From NCBI RefSeq assembly GCF_009914755.1, contig NC_060931.1: a stretch of DNA of 64,000 nucleotides, one strand, 5' to 3'. Origin of the DNA: the human T2T-CHM13v2.0 reference genome, Homo sapiens. The position numbers were made by a program, and so were the translations under genes. The number at the start of each line of letters is the position of its first letter. The first letter of the stretch is position 1. Shown in pieces: positions 10,985 through 23,907 of this stretch. The notes under the pieces were generated by a model. The model was not told the origin of the DNA. It did not search any database and saw nothing but the letters and a program-made list of their open reading frames with translations.

Positions 10985-13900
10985 CAGTGTATGTCCTTGG
11001 CATCTTTGTTGAAAATGAGTTCACTTATAGGTGTGTGGATTTGTTTCTGGGTTCTCTGTTCTGTTCCTTCAGTCTGCGGGTCTGTTTTTATGCCAGTAAC
11101 ATGCTCTTTTGGTTATTATAGTTCTGTAGTATAATTTGAAGTCAGGTAATGTGATTCTGCCAGTTTTGTTATTTTTGCTTAGGATAGCTTTGGCTGTTCT
11201 GGGTCTTTTGTGGTTTCACATAAATTTTAGGGTCTTTTTTTCTATTTCTGTGAAGTATGTCATTGGTATTTTGATAGGGGTTGCATTGAATCTGTAGATT
11301 ATTTTGGCTAGTGTGGACATTTTAACAATATTTATTCTTTCAATCCATGAAGATGAAATATCTTTCCATGTTTTTGGTGCCCTCTTCAATTTCTTCAATT
11401 TCTCTTCAATATTTTATAATTTTTATTATAGACATCTTTCGCTTCTTTGGTTAATTCCTAGATATTTAATTTTATTTGTGGCTATTGTAAATGGGATTTT
11501 TTAGATTTCTTTTTCATATTGTTTACTGTATCATGTAGAAATGCTACTGATTTTTGTGTATTTATTTTGTATCTGGCAACTTTACTGAATGTGTTCATCA
11601 CTTCTAACAGGTTTTTTGTGGAAATTTTAGGTGTTTTCAAATATAAGATCATATCATCTGCAAACAAGGATAATTTGACTTCTTCCTTTCCAATTTGGAT
11701 GCCCTTTCTTTTTCTTGTCTGATTGCTGTAGCTAGGACTTCCAGTGCTATGTTGAATAACAGTGGTGAAAGTGGGTATCCTTATTGTGCTCTAGATCTTA
11801 GAGAAAAGGCTTTCAGTTTTCCCTTCAGTATGATACCAGCTGGATCTATTGCATATGGTGTCTATTATGTTGAGGTATGTTTCTTCCATACACAGCTTTT
11901 AGGATTGTTTTAATTATAAAGGGATGTTGACATTTTATCAAATGCTTTTTTAGTATCAATTGATACTAAAGTTTTTGTTCTTCATTCTGTTGATATGATG
12001 TAGCACATTGATTGATTTGCATATGTTGAACCATCCTTGCATCCCAAGGATAAATCCCACTTGGTATTGATAAATGGCCTTTTAAATGTATTGTTGAATT
12101 TGGTTTGCTAGTATTTTGTTGAGAATTTTTGCATCAATATTCATCAGAGATATTGACCTGTAGTTCATTCATTTTCTTTCTTTCCTTCTTTCTTTTTCTT
12201 TCTTTCTTGCTTTCTTTCTTGCTTGCTTGCTTGCTTTCTCTCTCTCTTTCTGTCTCCCTTCCTTCTTCTCCTTCCTTCCTTCCTTCCTTCCTTTCTTCCT
12301 TACTTCTTTTTTTTTTTTTTTGATGTGTCTTTGTCTGGTTTTAGGATCAGGGTAACACTGCCTCATAGAATGAGCTTGGAAGTATTCCCTCTTCCTCACT
12401 TTTCAGAATAGTTTGAGTAGTATTGGTATTAGTTCTGCTTTAAATGTCAGGGGGCAGTAGGGGGAAGAATTCAGCAGGGTATTCATTAGATCAAGGAGTT
12501 AACTGGGAGACTTTTTACTACAACTTTGATCTTGTTATATGTTATTGGTCTATTTAGGTTTTCTTCATGATTCAATCTTGATAGGTTGTATGTGTCTAGG
12601 AATTTGACTATTTCTTCTAGATTTTCCAATTTATTGGCATATACGTGCTCATAGTAGCCACTAATGATCCCTTGAATTTCTGTGGTATCAGTTGTAATGT
12701 CTCCCTTTTCATCTCTGATTCCATTTGTTTGGATTTTTTCTTTTTTTCTTAGTCTGGCTAAAGGTTTGTCAGTTTTGTTTAACTTTTCAAAAAGCCAACT
12801 TTTTGTTTTTCATTTATATTTTATATTGTTTTCTTCCTATCATTTCATTGATTTCTGCTCTGCTTTGTTTCTTTTCTATTCATTTTGGGTTTTGTTTGCT
12901 CTTGGCTTTTTTCATTAAGATGTATCATTGAGTTGTTTATTTGAAGTTTTCTTCCTTTTTGATGTAGGCACTTATATAGCTACAAACTTCCTTTTTAGCA
13001 CTCCTTTTGCTGTATCTCATAGGTTTTGGTATGTTGTGTTTCCATTATTTGTTTCAATAAATTTTTCAATTTCATTCTTAATTTATCCATTGACCCAGTG
13101 GTCATTCAGGAGCATATTGTTTAATTTTCATGTATTTGTATAGTTTTCAAAATTCCTCTAGTTATTAATTTACAGTTTTATTCCATTGTGGTCAGAGAAG
13201 ATGCTTGATATTATTTCAGTTTTTTAAGTGTTTTAAAACTTGTCTTGTGATCTAACATATGATCTATCCTTGAGAATGATCATGTTCTCAATGTGCTGAG
13301 GAAAAGATACATATATTCTGCAACTATTGGGTGAAATGTTCTGTAAATATCTGTTAGGTTTATTTGGTCTATAGTGGAGATTAAGTCTGATGTTTTGGTG
13401 TTGATTTTCTGTCTAGAATATCTCTTCAGTGCTAAAAATAAGGTGTTAAAATCTCCAGCTGCTATTGTATTGGGAACTGTCTCTCTCTTCAGCTCTAATA
13501 ATATTTGCTTTATGTATTCTGGGTGCTCCAGTGTTGGATGCATATATATTTACAATTTTTATATCTCCTTTATCATTGTATAGTGACTTTCTTTGTCTCT
13601 TCTTACAGTTTTTGTCTTGAAATCTATTTTGTCTGATATAAGTAAAGCTACTCCTGCTCTTTATTGGTTTCCATTGGCATGGAATATCTTTTTCCATCCC
13701 TTTATTTTCAGACTGTATGTTTCTTCTAAGCCATAGATCATTGGGTCTTATTTTTTTTAATCCCTTCAGACACCCTATGTCTCTTGATTGGAGAGTTTAG
13801 TCCATTTATCTTCAATGTTATTATTGATAAGTAAAGACTTACTCCTGCCATTTTGTTTTTTGTTTTCTGATTGTTTTGTGGTCTTTTCTTCCTTCTTTCT

Positions 13901-16900
13901 TTCATTCCTGTCTTTCTTCTAGGCAAGGTGATTTTCTCTGGTGGTAGATTTCATTTCTTGCTTTTTAGTTTTTGTGTATTTGTTACATATTTTTGGGTTA
14001 CCACGAGGCTTGCAGATACTATTTTATAACTCATTACTTTAAGCTGGTAACAACTTAACACTTTTTGCATAAACAAACAAAATGAAAACTAATAAAAACT
14101 CTAAGCCTTGAGTTCGTCCCCCCACATTTTAACTTTTTGTTGTTTCTATTTATATCTTATCATACTGTCTTATGTCTTGAAAAGTTGTGGTCATTATTTT
14201 TTTTATTTGTTCATTGTTTAGTCTTTCTTTTTAAGAGTAGTTTACACACCACAGTTACAGTGTTGTAATATTTTGTATTTTCTGTAAACTCACTATTACC
14301 AGTGAGTTTTGTACCTTCAGATGATTTCTTATTGCTCATCAACATCCTTTTCTTTCTGACTAAAGTAATCTCTTTAGCATTTCTTGTAGGACAGATCTGG
14401 TGTTGATGAAGTCCCTCAGCTTTTGTTTGTCTGAGAAAGTCTTTATTTCTCTTTCATGTTTGATAGTGAATAGTATATATTGTTTGATTTGAATACTATA
14501 TCTACCAGATATACTATTCTAGGGTAAAAGTATTTTTTCTGTCAGTGCTTTAAATATGTCATGCCACTCTTTCCTAGCCTATAAGGTTTCCACTGAAAAG
14601 TCTGCTGTCAGACGTATTAGAGCTCCATTTTATGTTATTTGTTTCTTTTCTGTTGCTACTTTTAGGATTCTTCTTTTATCCTGAATCTTTTGGGGGTTCA
14701 TTATTAAAGGCCTTGAGGTAGTCTTCTTTAGGTTAAATCGGATTGGTGTTCTATAACCTTCTTGTACTTAGATATTGATCTCTTTCTCTAGGTTTGGAAC
14801 ATTCTTTGTTATTATCCCTTTGAATAAACTTTCTACTCCTATCTCTTTCTCTACCTCCTCTTTAAGGCCAGTAACTCTTAGATTTGCACTTTTGAGCCTG
14901 TTTTCTAGATCCTGTAGATGTGCTCCATTTAAAAAATTATTTTCTGATTTGTGTCCTCTGACTCTGTATTTTCAAATAAACTGTCTTTGAGTTCACTAAT
15001 TATTTCTTCTGCTTGATCAATTCTGCTATTATTGCATTTTTCAGCTCCAGAATTTCTGCTTGGTTCTTTTTAATTATTTCAATCCCTTTGTTAAATTTAT
15101 CTGATAGAATTCTGAATTCCTTCCCTGTGTTATCTCGAATTTCTTTGAGTTTCCTCAAAATAGCTATTTTGAATTCTCTGTGTAAAAGGTCACACATCTC
15201 TGTTTCTCCAGGACTGGTCCCTGTTGCCTCATTTAGTTCATTTGGTGAGGTCCTGTTTTCCTAGATGGTCTTGATACTTGTAGATGTTCATCTGTGTCTG
15301 GGCATTGAAGAGTTAGGTATTTATTGTAGTCTTCTCAGTCTGGGCTTGTTTGTACCTGCCCTTTTTTGTGAAGGCTTTCCAGATATTCAAAAGGACTTGG
15401 GTGTTGTGATCTAAGCTGTATCTGCTTTAGGGGGCACCCCAAGCCCAGTAATGCTGTGGTTCTTGCAGACTCATAGAGGTACCACCTTGATGATCTTAGA
15501 CAAGATCTAGAAGAATTTTCTGGGTTATCAGGCAGAGATTCTTGTTCTCCTCTCTTACTTTCTCCCAAACAAATGGAGTCTCTCTATATCTGTTCTGAGC
15601 CACCTGGAACTGAGGGTGGAGTGACAAAAAGCAACCCTGTGGCCAACACCACTAGGACTGTGCTGGGTCATACCTAAAGCATTGGGGTCTCACTTAAGGA
15701 CTCCTGTAATCACTCCCTGGTTATGGCATATGTTTGCTGTATGCCCTGGGGCTCTACAATCAGCAGGTAGCAAAGCCAGGCAAGCCTGTGTCTTCTTTGG
15801 ATGGCAAGCTCCCCCAGGCTCTGGGTGGGCCTTGATGTGCTATCTGGGAGCCAGAGACTACAGTCAAAAGCCTTAGAACTCTACCTGGTATTCTATTGTA
15901 CCGCAGCTGAGTTGGCACTCAAACCACAAGATGCAATTTTTCTCACCCTTCCCTCCCCTTTCCAAAGGCAGAGGAGCCTCATCCCATGGCCATCACTGTC
16001 ACAGGCCCATGGAGAATACTAGCAGACTATCACCAATGTACCCTTAAGGTACAAGGGCACTTCAGTCAGCTTATGGTGAATGTTGCCTAGCCTGGGACTC
16101 ATTTTTCAGGGCAGTGGGCTCCCCTCTGGCTCAGGGCAGGTCCAAAAATGCCAAGACCCACGTCCTAGAATCAGTGACTCCAAGAGCCTACTTGGTGCTG
16201 TATCCCTCTGTGGCTGAGCTGGTCTCTAAGGTGCAAGACAAAGTCCCCTTTACTTTTCCCTCTGCTTTTCTCAAGCAGGAGTCTTGCCCCATGGCCACCA
16301 CAGCTGGGAATGTGCTGAGTCTCACCTGAAGCCATCAAGCCTCAGAGTCTCACCCAAAGCCCTCAATGTAGTATCTGTGTATCACTGCTGGTTATTCAGG
16401 GCCCAAAGGCTCTTCAGTTAGCAGGTGATGAATCCTGCCAGGACTGGGTCCTTCCCTTCAAGGCAGCGGGTTCCCCTTCTGGCTCAGGGTGTGTCTAGAA
16501 ATGTTGTCTGGGAGCTAGAGCCTGGAAAGGGGGCCTCACAAGTCTGACTGGCCCCCTAGCCTCCTGTGGCTGAGCTGGTATCCAAAATACAAGACAAAGT
16601 TCTCCCCATGCTTCCTTCTCCTCTCCTTAGGGGGAGGGAAGGGGTCTCTTTTGGAGTTGTGAGGCTGTGCAGCTTAGGGTTAGGGGAAGAGTGATGCCAG
16701 TACCCCCTTAGCCACCCCAGCTTGTTTCTCAGTAGGTCACATGTCCTCCCCCTGCCACTTCCCAGTCCACTGTCTCTGGGCCCAGTTCAGCACTAGGACT
16801 CCCCTTGGAGTTGCAGTCCTTATGGCCTAGACTGCCTTCCAAGTTATTTAGAGCCCAGAGCACTTTAGCTTGCAGAGGCAAGGCTTAGCTCAGCAGTTCC

Positions 16901-17293
16901 CCTCTGTGTAAGGCTGGTTTAAATGTTCCCTCCATGTGTGGGCATCAGCTGAGTTTGGTCTGGTTTTGTTTTCTGTTATAATAGGGCAGCACTGAATCCA
17001 AAGCCTCACAATTGCTGCACTCTCCCCCTCCCTATCACACACTCTCCACTCTCCACTCCATGCCACCACTGCTGGAGGTGGGGAAGGGGTGGCATCAGCG
17101 ATTCAAGACTTTTTCCTACCTCTTCAGTGCCTCTTTCAGTAATATGACATTAAAACCAGGTACTGTGAGTACTTATCTGATTTTTGATTCTTATGAAGGT
17201 GTTTTTTTGTGCAGATAGTTGTTAAATTGGTGTCCTTGCAGGAGGGATGATCAGTGGAACCTTCTATTCTACCATTCTGCTCTACCCACCTTC
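10985..17293 (-). mobile_element. L1M (L1MA/L1PB-age) LINE with 5'UTR, ORF1 and most of ORF2; 3' end missing; decayed
   Basis: ORF2 start MAGVSLYLSIITLKINGLNSPIKRHRV (~13850); endonuclease AGDFNT..LTDIYRTFHP; RT motif FADDMILYL (~11660); [23 protein letters not shown]; ORF1 REFKIAILRKLKEI (~15170); ~2-kb 5'UTR ending near 17293. Confidence 0.95.
12166..12321. repeat. Compound (TTTC/TTGC/CTTC)n plus poly-T microsatellite inside the L1
   Basis: Directly visible pyrimidine tract interrupting ORF2. Confidence 0.95.
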
Positions 17294-17299
17294 CAGGAT

Positions 17300-17810
17300 C
17301 CCTCAAAGGTTTTCAGCATAAGGGTAACATAACAGTTTTATATTTTTAAAAGATAGCACTGTGATCAGAGTAATGAGTAAACGAGAGAGAGAGGTGTGTT
17401 GGACACTATTAAGTACCCATGGACTGGGAGTGGTGGGATGGCCATGGGGTGCAGAGAAATGGACCACAGAGGTGCCTCACAGGTAGTGTCACAGGCTTCT
17501 GTGTGGGTAAAAAAGAAGGAGGACTAAAATCTTACCTGCAGTTTCTTGTAGGACAAGATAGAGTGATGTCTTGAACCATGATAGAGACCCAGGAAGACCA
17601 GAAGGTTTTGGAAGAAAGATAAGGAGTTCAGTTTTGTTAATACTTTATTTGGGATGCCTGTGGGACATTCACATGGCTATTTCCCATAGAAAGAACATTC
17701 AGGTTTGGAATTCAGGAGAGCTACGGTCTCAAAAATCATCAGTGTGTAGATGTTTGAATAGATCAGATCATCCAGAGGGATCTCAGAGGAAAAGGATGAA
17801 GAGAGATTGA
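17300..17810 (-). mobile_element. L2 fragment
   Basis: TTTTAAAAGATAGCACTG, GGAGTTCAGTTTTG..GATGCCTGTGGGACATTCA..TGGAATTCAGGAGAG are L2 reverse-strand motifs. Confidence 0.7.
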
Positions 17811-18344
17811 CAGTCATTTAGGGGTCTAAGCAAGCCCATCCCTCACCACCCTGCTTCCCATGCCTCCCTGTGCACCAGAGTCCAGCCCACACGCCTGCCC
17901 TGCCCTCCAGATGGAAGGTCTCCAGCACCCTTTCTGGATCACTGGCCAGTGACCAGTCTTTGTCCATTGGGCTTCACAGCATTTTAGACTTGAAGGAACT
18001 GTGTTCCAGTTCTGATCCACTGAACACTTTTCATGGACAGAGAAAAGACAGAATCGTACTGGGTAAAATGCTGTTTTGTTACTAGACATATTGATGATCT
18101 ATTCAAAGATGTCTTTTGCATAAACTTCAAAGATAGGCTTCATCCTGGATATAAGGAACCGCAAAGATTCCTCCAACCTGAAATTAGTTCACTTCAGGGG
18201 AGCAAAGGCTGGATTCACCAGGAAGTGTAATGTGGATATTATAAAAGTAGCAGACAAAAGTTCAAGTTCAGGGAAGTCAGAAATGGATCCAATTAAGTTA
18301 CTAAAATGTACCAAGTTCAAGACACTGAACCAGAAATTGTGGAA

Positions 18345-18545
18345 ACGCTATGATGTGTACAAGACACTCCCTGCCTCCAAGAGAACAGGAGCTCGTGGGG
18401 AGACAGACACATGGAGAAATCACTCTGGAGAAAAGGTAAATGTGGTACATGCAGCAGTCGCTGTCACTAAGAAAATCCATGAGTAAGGAAGGAAGGAGGG
18501 GTTGTTCTGAGGATGGAAAGTTGGAAGGTTTTGGGAAAAGCACCA
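18345..18545 (-). mobile_element. L2 fragment
   Basis: ACAAGACACTCCCTGCCTCCAAG..GTGGGGAGACAGACAC typical of the L2 3' region. Confidence 0.55.
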
Positions 18546-18879
18546 GAAATGGCTACTTTAGCTGGAACTGTCATCACCAGACATGAACACGTTAGCTCAC
18601 AGAAGAGGTAGAGGTCTACAGGCAAACACGACAGTAGCGAAGCTGAGGCTGGCCCCAGGGAGCATCTATACCAAGGCACCACCGGGAAGGCTGCGGCAGA
18701 CTGTGCCATGCGCTGTCTGTTGGGCCTGGAGCACCACGAGAAGGAAGGCGGCGTGGGGAGAGTGAAGCTGCACTGAGGTTCTGCTAAGACTGCTGTGAAC
18801 TTTCACATACAAGACTTTGCGTGGGTGTATCATTTCAGTTCTCCTGGGTGTATGCTTAAGAATAGAATCACTACAATTT

Positions 18880-19400
18880 TCAACCATTCCTGTTATTATT
18901 AAGAAAGTAATACATGCTTGTAGGAAACGGTCAAACAACACAGCAGAGAACAGGGGAGGAAGTGTGGGGACACCCACTGCATTTCCCATCCACAGAGACA
19001 GCAACTCAGGAGATTAGTTTGCATCCTTTCCATAGCTTTTTATATGCACACACATATTTATTTTGTAAATACAATTATTCTATACATATTGTTCTACAAA
19101 TTGTTATATAACTCTGCCTACGTTGTGGCCATATTCCTAAGTCAGAACACACAGATCTATCTTATCCTTTTTAATGACTACCACATATTTTCTATTGCAG
19201 ATGTACCGTAAGTTTTTAACCAGTCCCTTATTAATGTATATACAAGTTGTTTTTACTTTTTTACTATTACAGATAATGTACAAAGAATATCTTTGTGTGT
19301 GTGTGCATATAGACATACTTTTCCTGTATATTTTGGTCTGTATTTCTGTACTCTAGTATCTTTTAAATAGACCAGCTATGTCAAAGAATTGTTGAAAATA
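18880..19400 (-). mobile_element. Ancient L1ME 3'-end fragment
   Basis: ACAGATCTATCTTATCCTTTTTAATGACTACC..TTTTAACCAGTCCCTTATTAATG..TTACTATTACAGATAATG. Confidence 0.65.
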
Positions 19401-19629
19401 TTTAACCTAGCTATATAAAAACATGCCAATAAGTAATGGGAAACAAAATCTGAAATAAAAATATTAGAAGTAGTAGCCAAACTCCACCCCTGCTTTCTTT
19501 CAGAGCCTCCATTCCACGCCCCTGGAATTCCTCTACTCCCTCCGAACCTATTCCTTCCTCCCCAGCCACTCCCCTACTCAGTAGCCTCAGTTGACTTCCA
19601 AGTATCTATTGTAAGAAATCCAAATTTGT

Positions 19630-19948
19630 GGCAGGGCGTGGTGGCTCATGCCTGTAATCCCAGCACTTTGGGAGGCCGAGGCGGGCAGATCATGAGGTCA
19701 GGAGATCAGGACCATCCTGGCTAATATGGTGAAACCCTGTCTCTACTAAAAATACAAAAAATTAGCCAGGTGTGGTGGCATGTGCCTATATTCCCATCTA
19801 CTCGGGAGGCTGAGGAAGGAGAATCACTTGAGCCCAGGAGGGGAGGTTGCAGTGAGCCCAGGTCGTGCCACTGCACTCCAGTCTGGGCAACAAGAGTGAA
19901 ACTCCATCAAAAAAAAAAAAGAATGAAAGAAAGAAAGAAAAAGAAGGA

Positions 19949-19996
<48 letters not shown>

Positions 19997-20003
19997 AAAA
20001 AGA
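19630..20003 (+). mobile_element. AluS with expanded (GAAA)n tail
   Basis: Full two-arm Alu; perfect 17-bp TSD AAGAAATCCAAATTTGT at 19613-19629 and 20004-20020. Confidence 0.95.
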
Positions 20004-21604
20004 AAGAAATCCAAATTTGTAAATCCTTTCCCATTTGCTATTTCTTTTGGTTCCCCATTAGAGTTCCTATAAAAGTTACTGATGAAGCACTAAAACCTCC
20101 CTGACTTTCCATTATCTTCCAATAAGGCTTAAACTTTTTGATAACAGTCCTACAATTATTAATGAGTTTTCAGCCTACAGAAGTACAATTTAGCAGCTGT
20201 AGGTGAGATAAAGGTAATACAAGAGATTTTCGTCATCAAGGTAAGAAAAAGGAATCTATCTAGAGGGGATCCCCCTGCCAAACCCATGCAGTTGTGGAAA
20301 CGGCAATGCCTGGTGCTCTGGTCACTGGTGGCCTTTGAAAGGGCAAGACAAGGCTGGGATGTGCTCTCGTGAGAGCCGCAGTGTGTGTGCAGACAAGGCA
20401 GGGGCCCGGGGAGGGCAACTGCAACACTGGGATTTCTAGCCATGAAAGTCACATATAACAACTGGAAAACGGAAATTAAAACTACCATAACAAAGCCATT
20501 CTGTGCGTATTGAACTAAGAGATGCATTTGCAGCTTGGTCTGGCCTCCAAATCCATGCTGGCCCCGTGAGTGGAGAAGCAAGCTTTTGTTGACTTGCCGA
20601 GGAGGCTCCACTGTGCGTGGATCATAATAGAGGTGATTGATATTCATGTGCTGCTGTGCCCACTTCTGCTCGTTCCCGTGCCGCTCTGTGAAAGCTAACC
20701 AGCACTTAGACGTCTATTCATAGAGAAATTACAAGTGCGTCTACATCAGGATCAGCAATGCAGAATGAGGGATTCCTGTGCAATTTGCATCAGAGGTAGG
20801 TTATCTGGAAGCCAGAAATTATGAACATTCCAAAATAAAAAGCCGAGAGTGTCAGGATACTGGACAGAGGGTCAAGTTTATTCTCACTACATATTTTGCT
20901 AAGAGATAGAAGGGAGCAAAGCTCAAGGATTCCCAGAAGAAGCAGAAGTCCACGCTGCAGCTCAGTCAAGGAGACGCTGGTCCTCTGGCCAGAACAGACA
21001 AAGTTGAGACCTGGACCCTGGTACCTGCTGCTGCTGTGGTCCCTGGTGCATGACCTCTGACTAGGACTTAAACATCAACACCCTCAGCTATAGTTGAGAA
21101 AAGTATCTGCCCTATTGACTTTGCCACCTTAGTGGGAGGCTTAACTTGCATCCTGGATGGGAAAGCACTTTGGGCCTGCAGAAGCTCACAGACACAGGAG
21201 CTCATCAGAGACACATTCGGCATGGCGCAGCTCTTCTGCAGCAGCATCCGAATCGAAGGCACATTGAGGAGGCACCGAGCCCTCCAGGGAGGCTTGTGTG
21301 TGTTCCAGTCATTGCTATCAGGCTGGAGGGCTTTGGGCCACAGGGGTTCTCCCAGGGAAAGCTGAGTTAGCTAGTGGACCTGGAGAGTGCGCCTTGGTGG
21401 TTACTCTGTTGTGCATCCCATGGCCCTCGGCACAGCACTTGGGGGTGCCTGGGTATGTTGTAAATGAGTGATTTAGGACATAATATCCAGGTAGAGAAAC
21501 ATAAGAAGGGGGGAGGAATCGGAAGAACAACGAAAGGGAAAAATATAAAGGGTACAAAAGAGTCCTGTTCCCAGCTCCGCCTCCACCTGGTGGCTGCAGG
21601 GCCC

Positions 21605-21695
21605 TGGGCCATTGAGCTTCCCTGGTTCTCAGTCTCTCCATCTGTACAGCAGGAAAAGTGAACCCATTGACCTTTGTGGTTCCCTCCAGTGACAA
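21605..21695 (+). mobile_element. MIR3-like fragment
   Basis: CTTCCCTGGTTCTCAGTCTCTCCATCTGTACAG..GACCTTTGTGGTTCCCTCCAG resembles the MIR core and MIR3 tail. Confidence 0.5.
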
Positions 21696-22496
21696 TTAAA
21701 ATATATATATATAGGCAGGCCAATGGCTTTAGTGAAGGAGGCTCATGTATGGGCAAGGCCAGAGAGAGCAGCTGTTTCCAGGGAAGCCCCACCGTACTGG
21801 GGACTCAGTCCTTGGAAACGTGGCAAAGGTGTAATAACTTACATCTCTATGCATGCCTCCTAATTGATCAAAACAGACACACAACTCAGGCACAGGAAAG
21901 GATGTTGACCATAGTTGGTTGAGTCTCACTTCTACATAGAAAACCTACAATTATTTTAAAAAACAGAACTTTTCAGCCTCAGTAGCTAACATTTGTGGGC
22001 AAATGAAATTGTTGTCTGTAAATCATATTATAGAGAGCGCACACAGGGGCTCATTTTTCAGCTCTGAGGGGTTTAGGGGATGCCTGACACTTCTAAGGTG
22101 AACACAGAGGAAATCCTTTGCATGAGTTAATTAAAAATATGTCTGGCTCAAATAATAATGGGATGCTCAAATAAAAATGGCTTAGATGATGATGGTAGTT
22201 AATGATGTCACAAAACGAGAGGAACAGAGGTAGGAGTGTCCACACCCCGTCAGCAGCTCAGCGTCACTGAGTGTCACTCCCTCTTCCGGGGCTGCTGGTG
22301 GATGGAGCAGCTCCAGGTGTCCTAAGTCAGAAGGAGGAGCAGGAGCAGGTTTTCTCCTGAAAAGGTCATTCATTTTTGCCAGGAAGGATGTATTTTCCCA
22401 AAGCCTCTTGGGAGACTCCCTTCATTGGCCCCCAGCTCCAGAGAGAACAGGAGAGCAAATATTTGGTGAATGGGAGGGGCTTAGACCACCTTGGAC

Positions 22497-22693
22497 CCGT
22501 GATTCTCAACGGCAGGCAGTTTGGCAGTGTCTGGAGACCCCATGTTTGGTTGCCATAACGTGGGGAGGGGTGCTGCGAGCATCTCATGGGTGAAGGCCCG
22601 GGAGGCGCTCATCATCCTACACCGCACAGAGCAGCCCCCACAGCAAAGAACTATCAGTCCCCAGGCCCATCGTGCCGAGGCTGAGAAGCCCTG
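22497..22693 (+). mobile_element. MER20 (hAT-Charlie MITE)
   Basis: Termini GTGATTCTCAAC..CTGAGAAGCCCTG; internal TTTGGCAGTGTCTGGAGAC and CAGCCCCCACAGCAAAGAACTATC. Confidence 0.85.
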
Positions 22694-22883
22694 ATGCAGA
22701 GCAAACGTGATTTACCTCCTGGGGATGGTGAAGACCCAGGGGCCTCCATCACCACTGAACAAATGTCCATGTTTACTACTGGGAAGAGGGATGCTGTGCC
22801 TGTGGGGTGGCTTACAAAGAGTGCCTGCCACTCTGAACTTTCCAGAGCCAGTTTTAAACGTATGGAATGTTTAAAAGAGATGA

Positions 22884-23293
22884 TGATCAGGTTTGGATGT
22901 GTGTCCACTCCACGTCTCATGTTGAAATGTGATTCCCAGTGTTGGGGGTGGGGCCTGCTGGGAGATGACTGGATCAGGGGAGGGGATCCCTCAGGAATGG
23001 CTTGGTGCCAACCTCTTGGTGATGAGTGGGTTCTCACTGGGTTAGTTTACAGGGGATCTGGTTGTTTAGAAGTGTGTGGCACCTTCCCCTTTTCTCTCTC
23101 TCAGCAGGTGGTTTGTTGGCTCCCTGTCACCGTCTGCCATGGTTCAAAGCTTCCTCAGGCCTCACCAGAAGCAGGTACCAGTACCAGGCTTCCTGTACAG
23201 CCTGCAGAACCATGAGCCAGTTAAATCATTTTTCCTTATAAGTTATGCAGCCTCAAGTATTTCCTTATAGCAATGCAAGAACGGATGGACACA
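22884..23293 (+). mobile_element. MaLR solo LTR, MSTB-like
   Basis: GGTTTGGATGTGTGTCC..TCTCATGTTGAAATGTGATTCCCAGTGTTGG..CTTCCTGTACAGCCTGCAGAACCATGAGCCA..TATAGCAATGCAAGAACGGA. Confidence 0.9.
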
Positions 23294-23484
23294 GACAACA
23301 ACTTGGAAACCGGTGTGTGCATCTCCAGACTTTCCAAAAGGAGGAGCGACATGACGGGAAGCAAGAGACCACCCGAGAGACACTTGGGCTCCAGTGGGAG
23401 CCGTCGGAACAGATGCCAGGGTCTGCACTGAGAGACGGTCCTGGAGAGGAATGGTGGAGGCGGGATGAGGCAGGAACCACAGAG

Positions 23485-23715
23485 TAATAACAGATACAAC
23501 CTTCACAAATAGCATGTACTTTGCAACAGGCCGTGTTTTAAATTATTTACAAATATTAACTCAATTCATCCTTACCACCATCCAAGGAGGTAAGAGAGTG
23601 TCCACATTTTACAGCTGAGGAAATGGAGTCACAGAGAGTTCAAATTGGCCAAGGTCACTTGGCCAGTGGCGGGTGAGGCTGGAATTTGAACTCGGTCAAT
23701 CTAGCTGCAGGACAG
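23485..23715 (-). mobile_element. MIR
   Basis: CATTTTACAGCTGAGGAAATGGAGTCACAGAGAGTT..CCAAGGTCAC..GCTGGAATTTGAACTC. Confidence 0.85.
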
Positions 23716-23907
23716 CCTCTGTGATGACGAAGGTTGCTATTATTTTTCTTGAGCGTGGATGTTTCTCTGACTTCCCGGAATCGATCTACCTCCATTACAT
23801 TACAGTCCATGGGCAAGGAGGGGGTTTTCAATGGCAGTATCTGCTCTCTTATTCCCGTCTTCCTCCCAGTGGCTATCAGCTTGCAGGGGATGTTGCTACG
23901 ATACAGA

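Noticed and set aside
11216-15197. Active L1 ORF1/ORF2
   Set aside because: Many stops and frameshifts, a microsatellite insertion and a missing 3' end.
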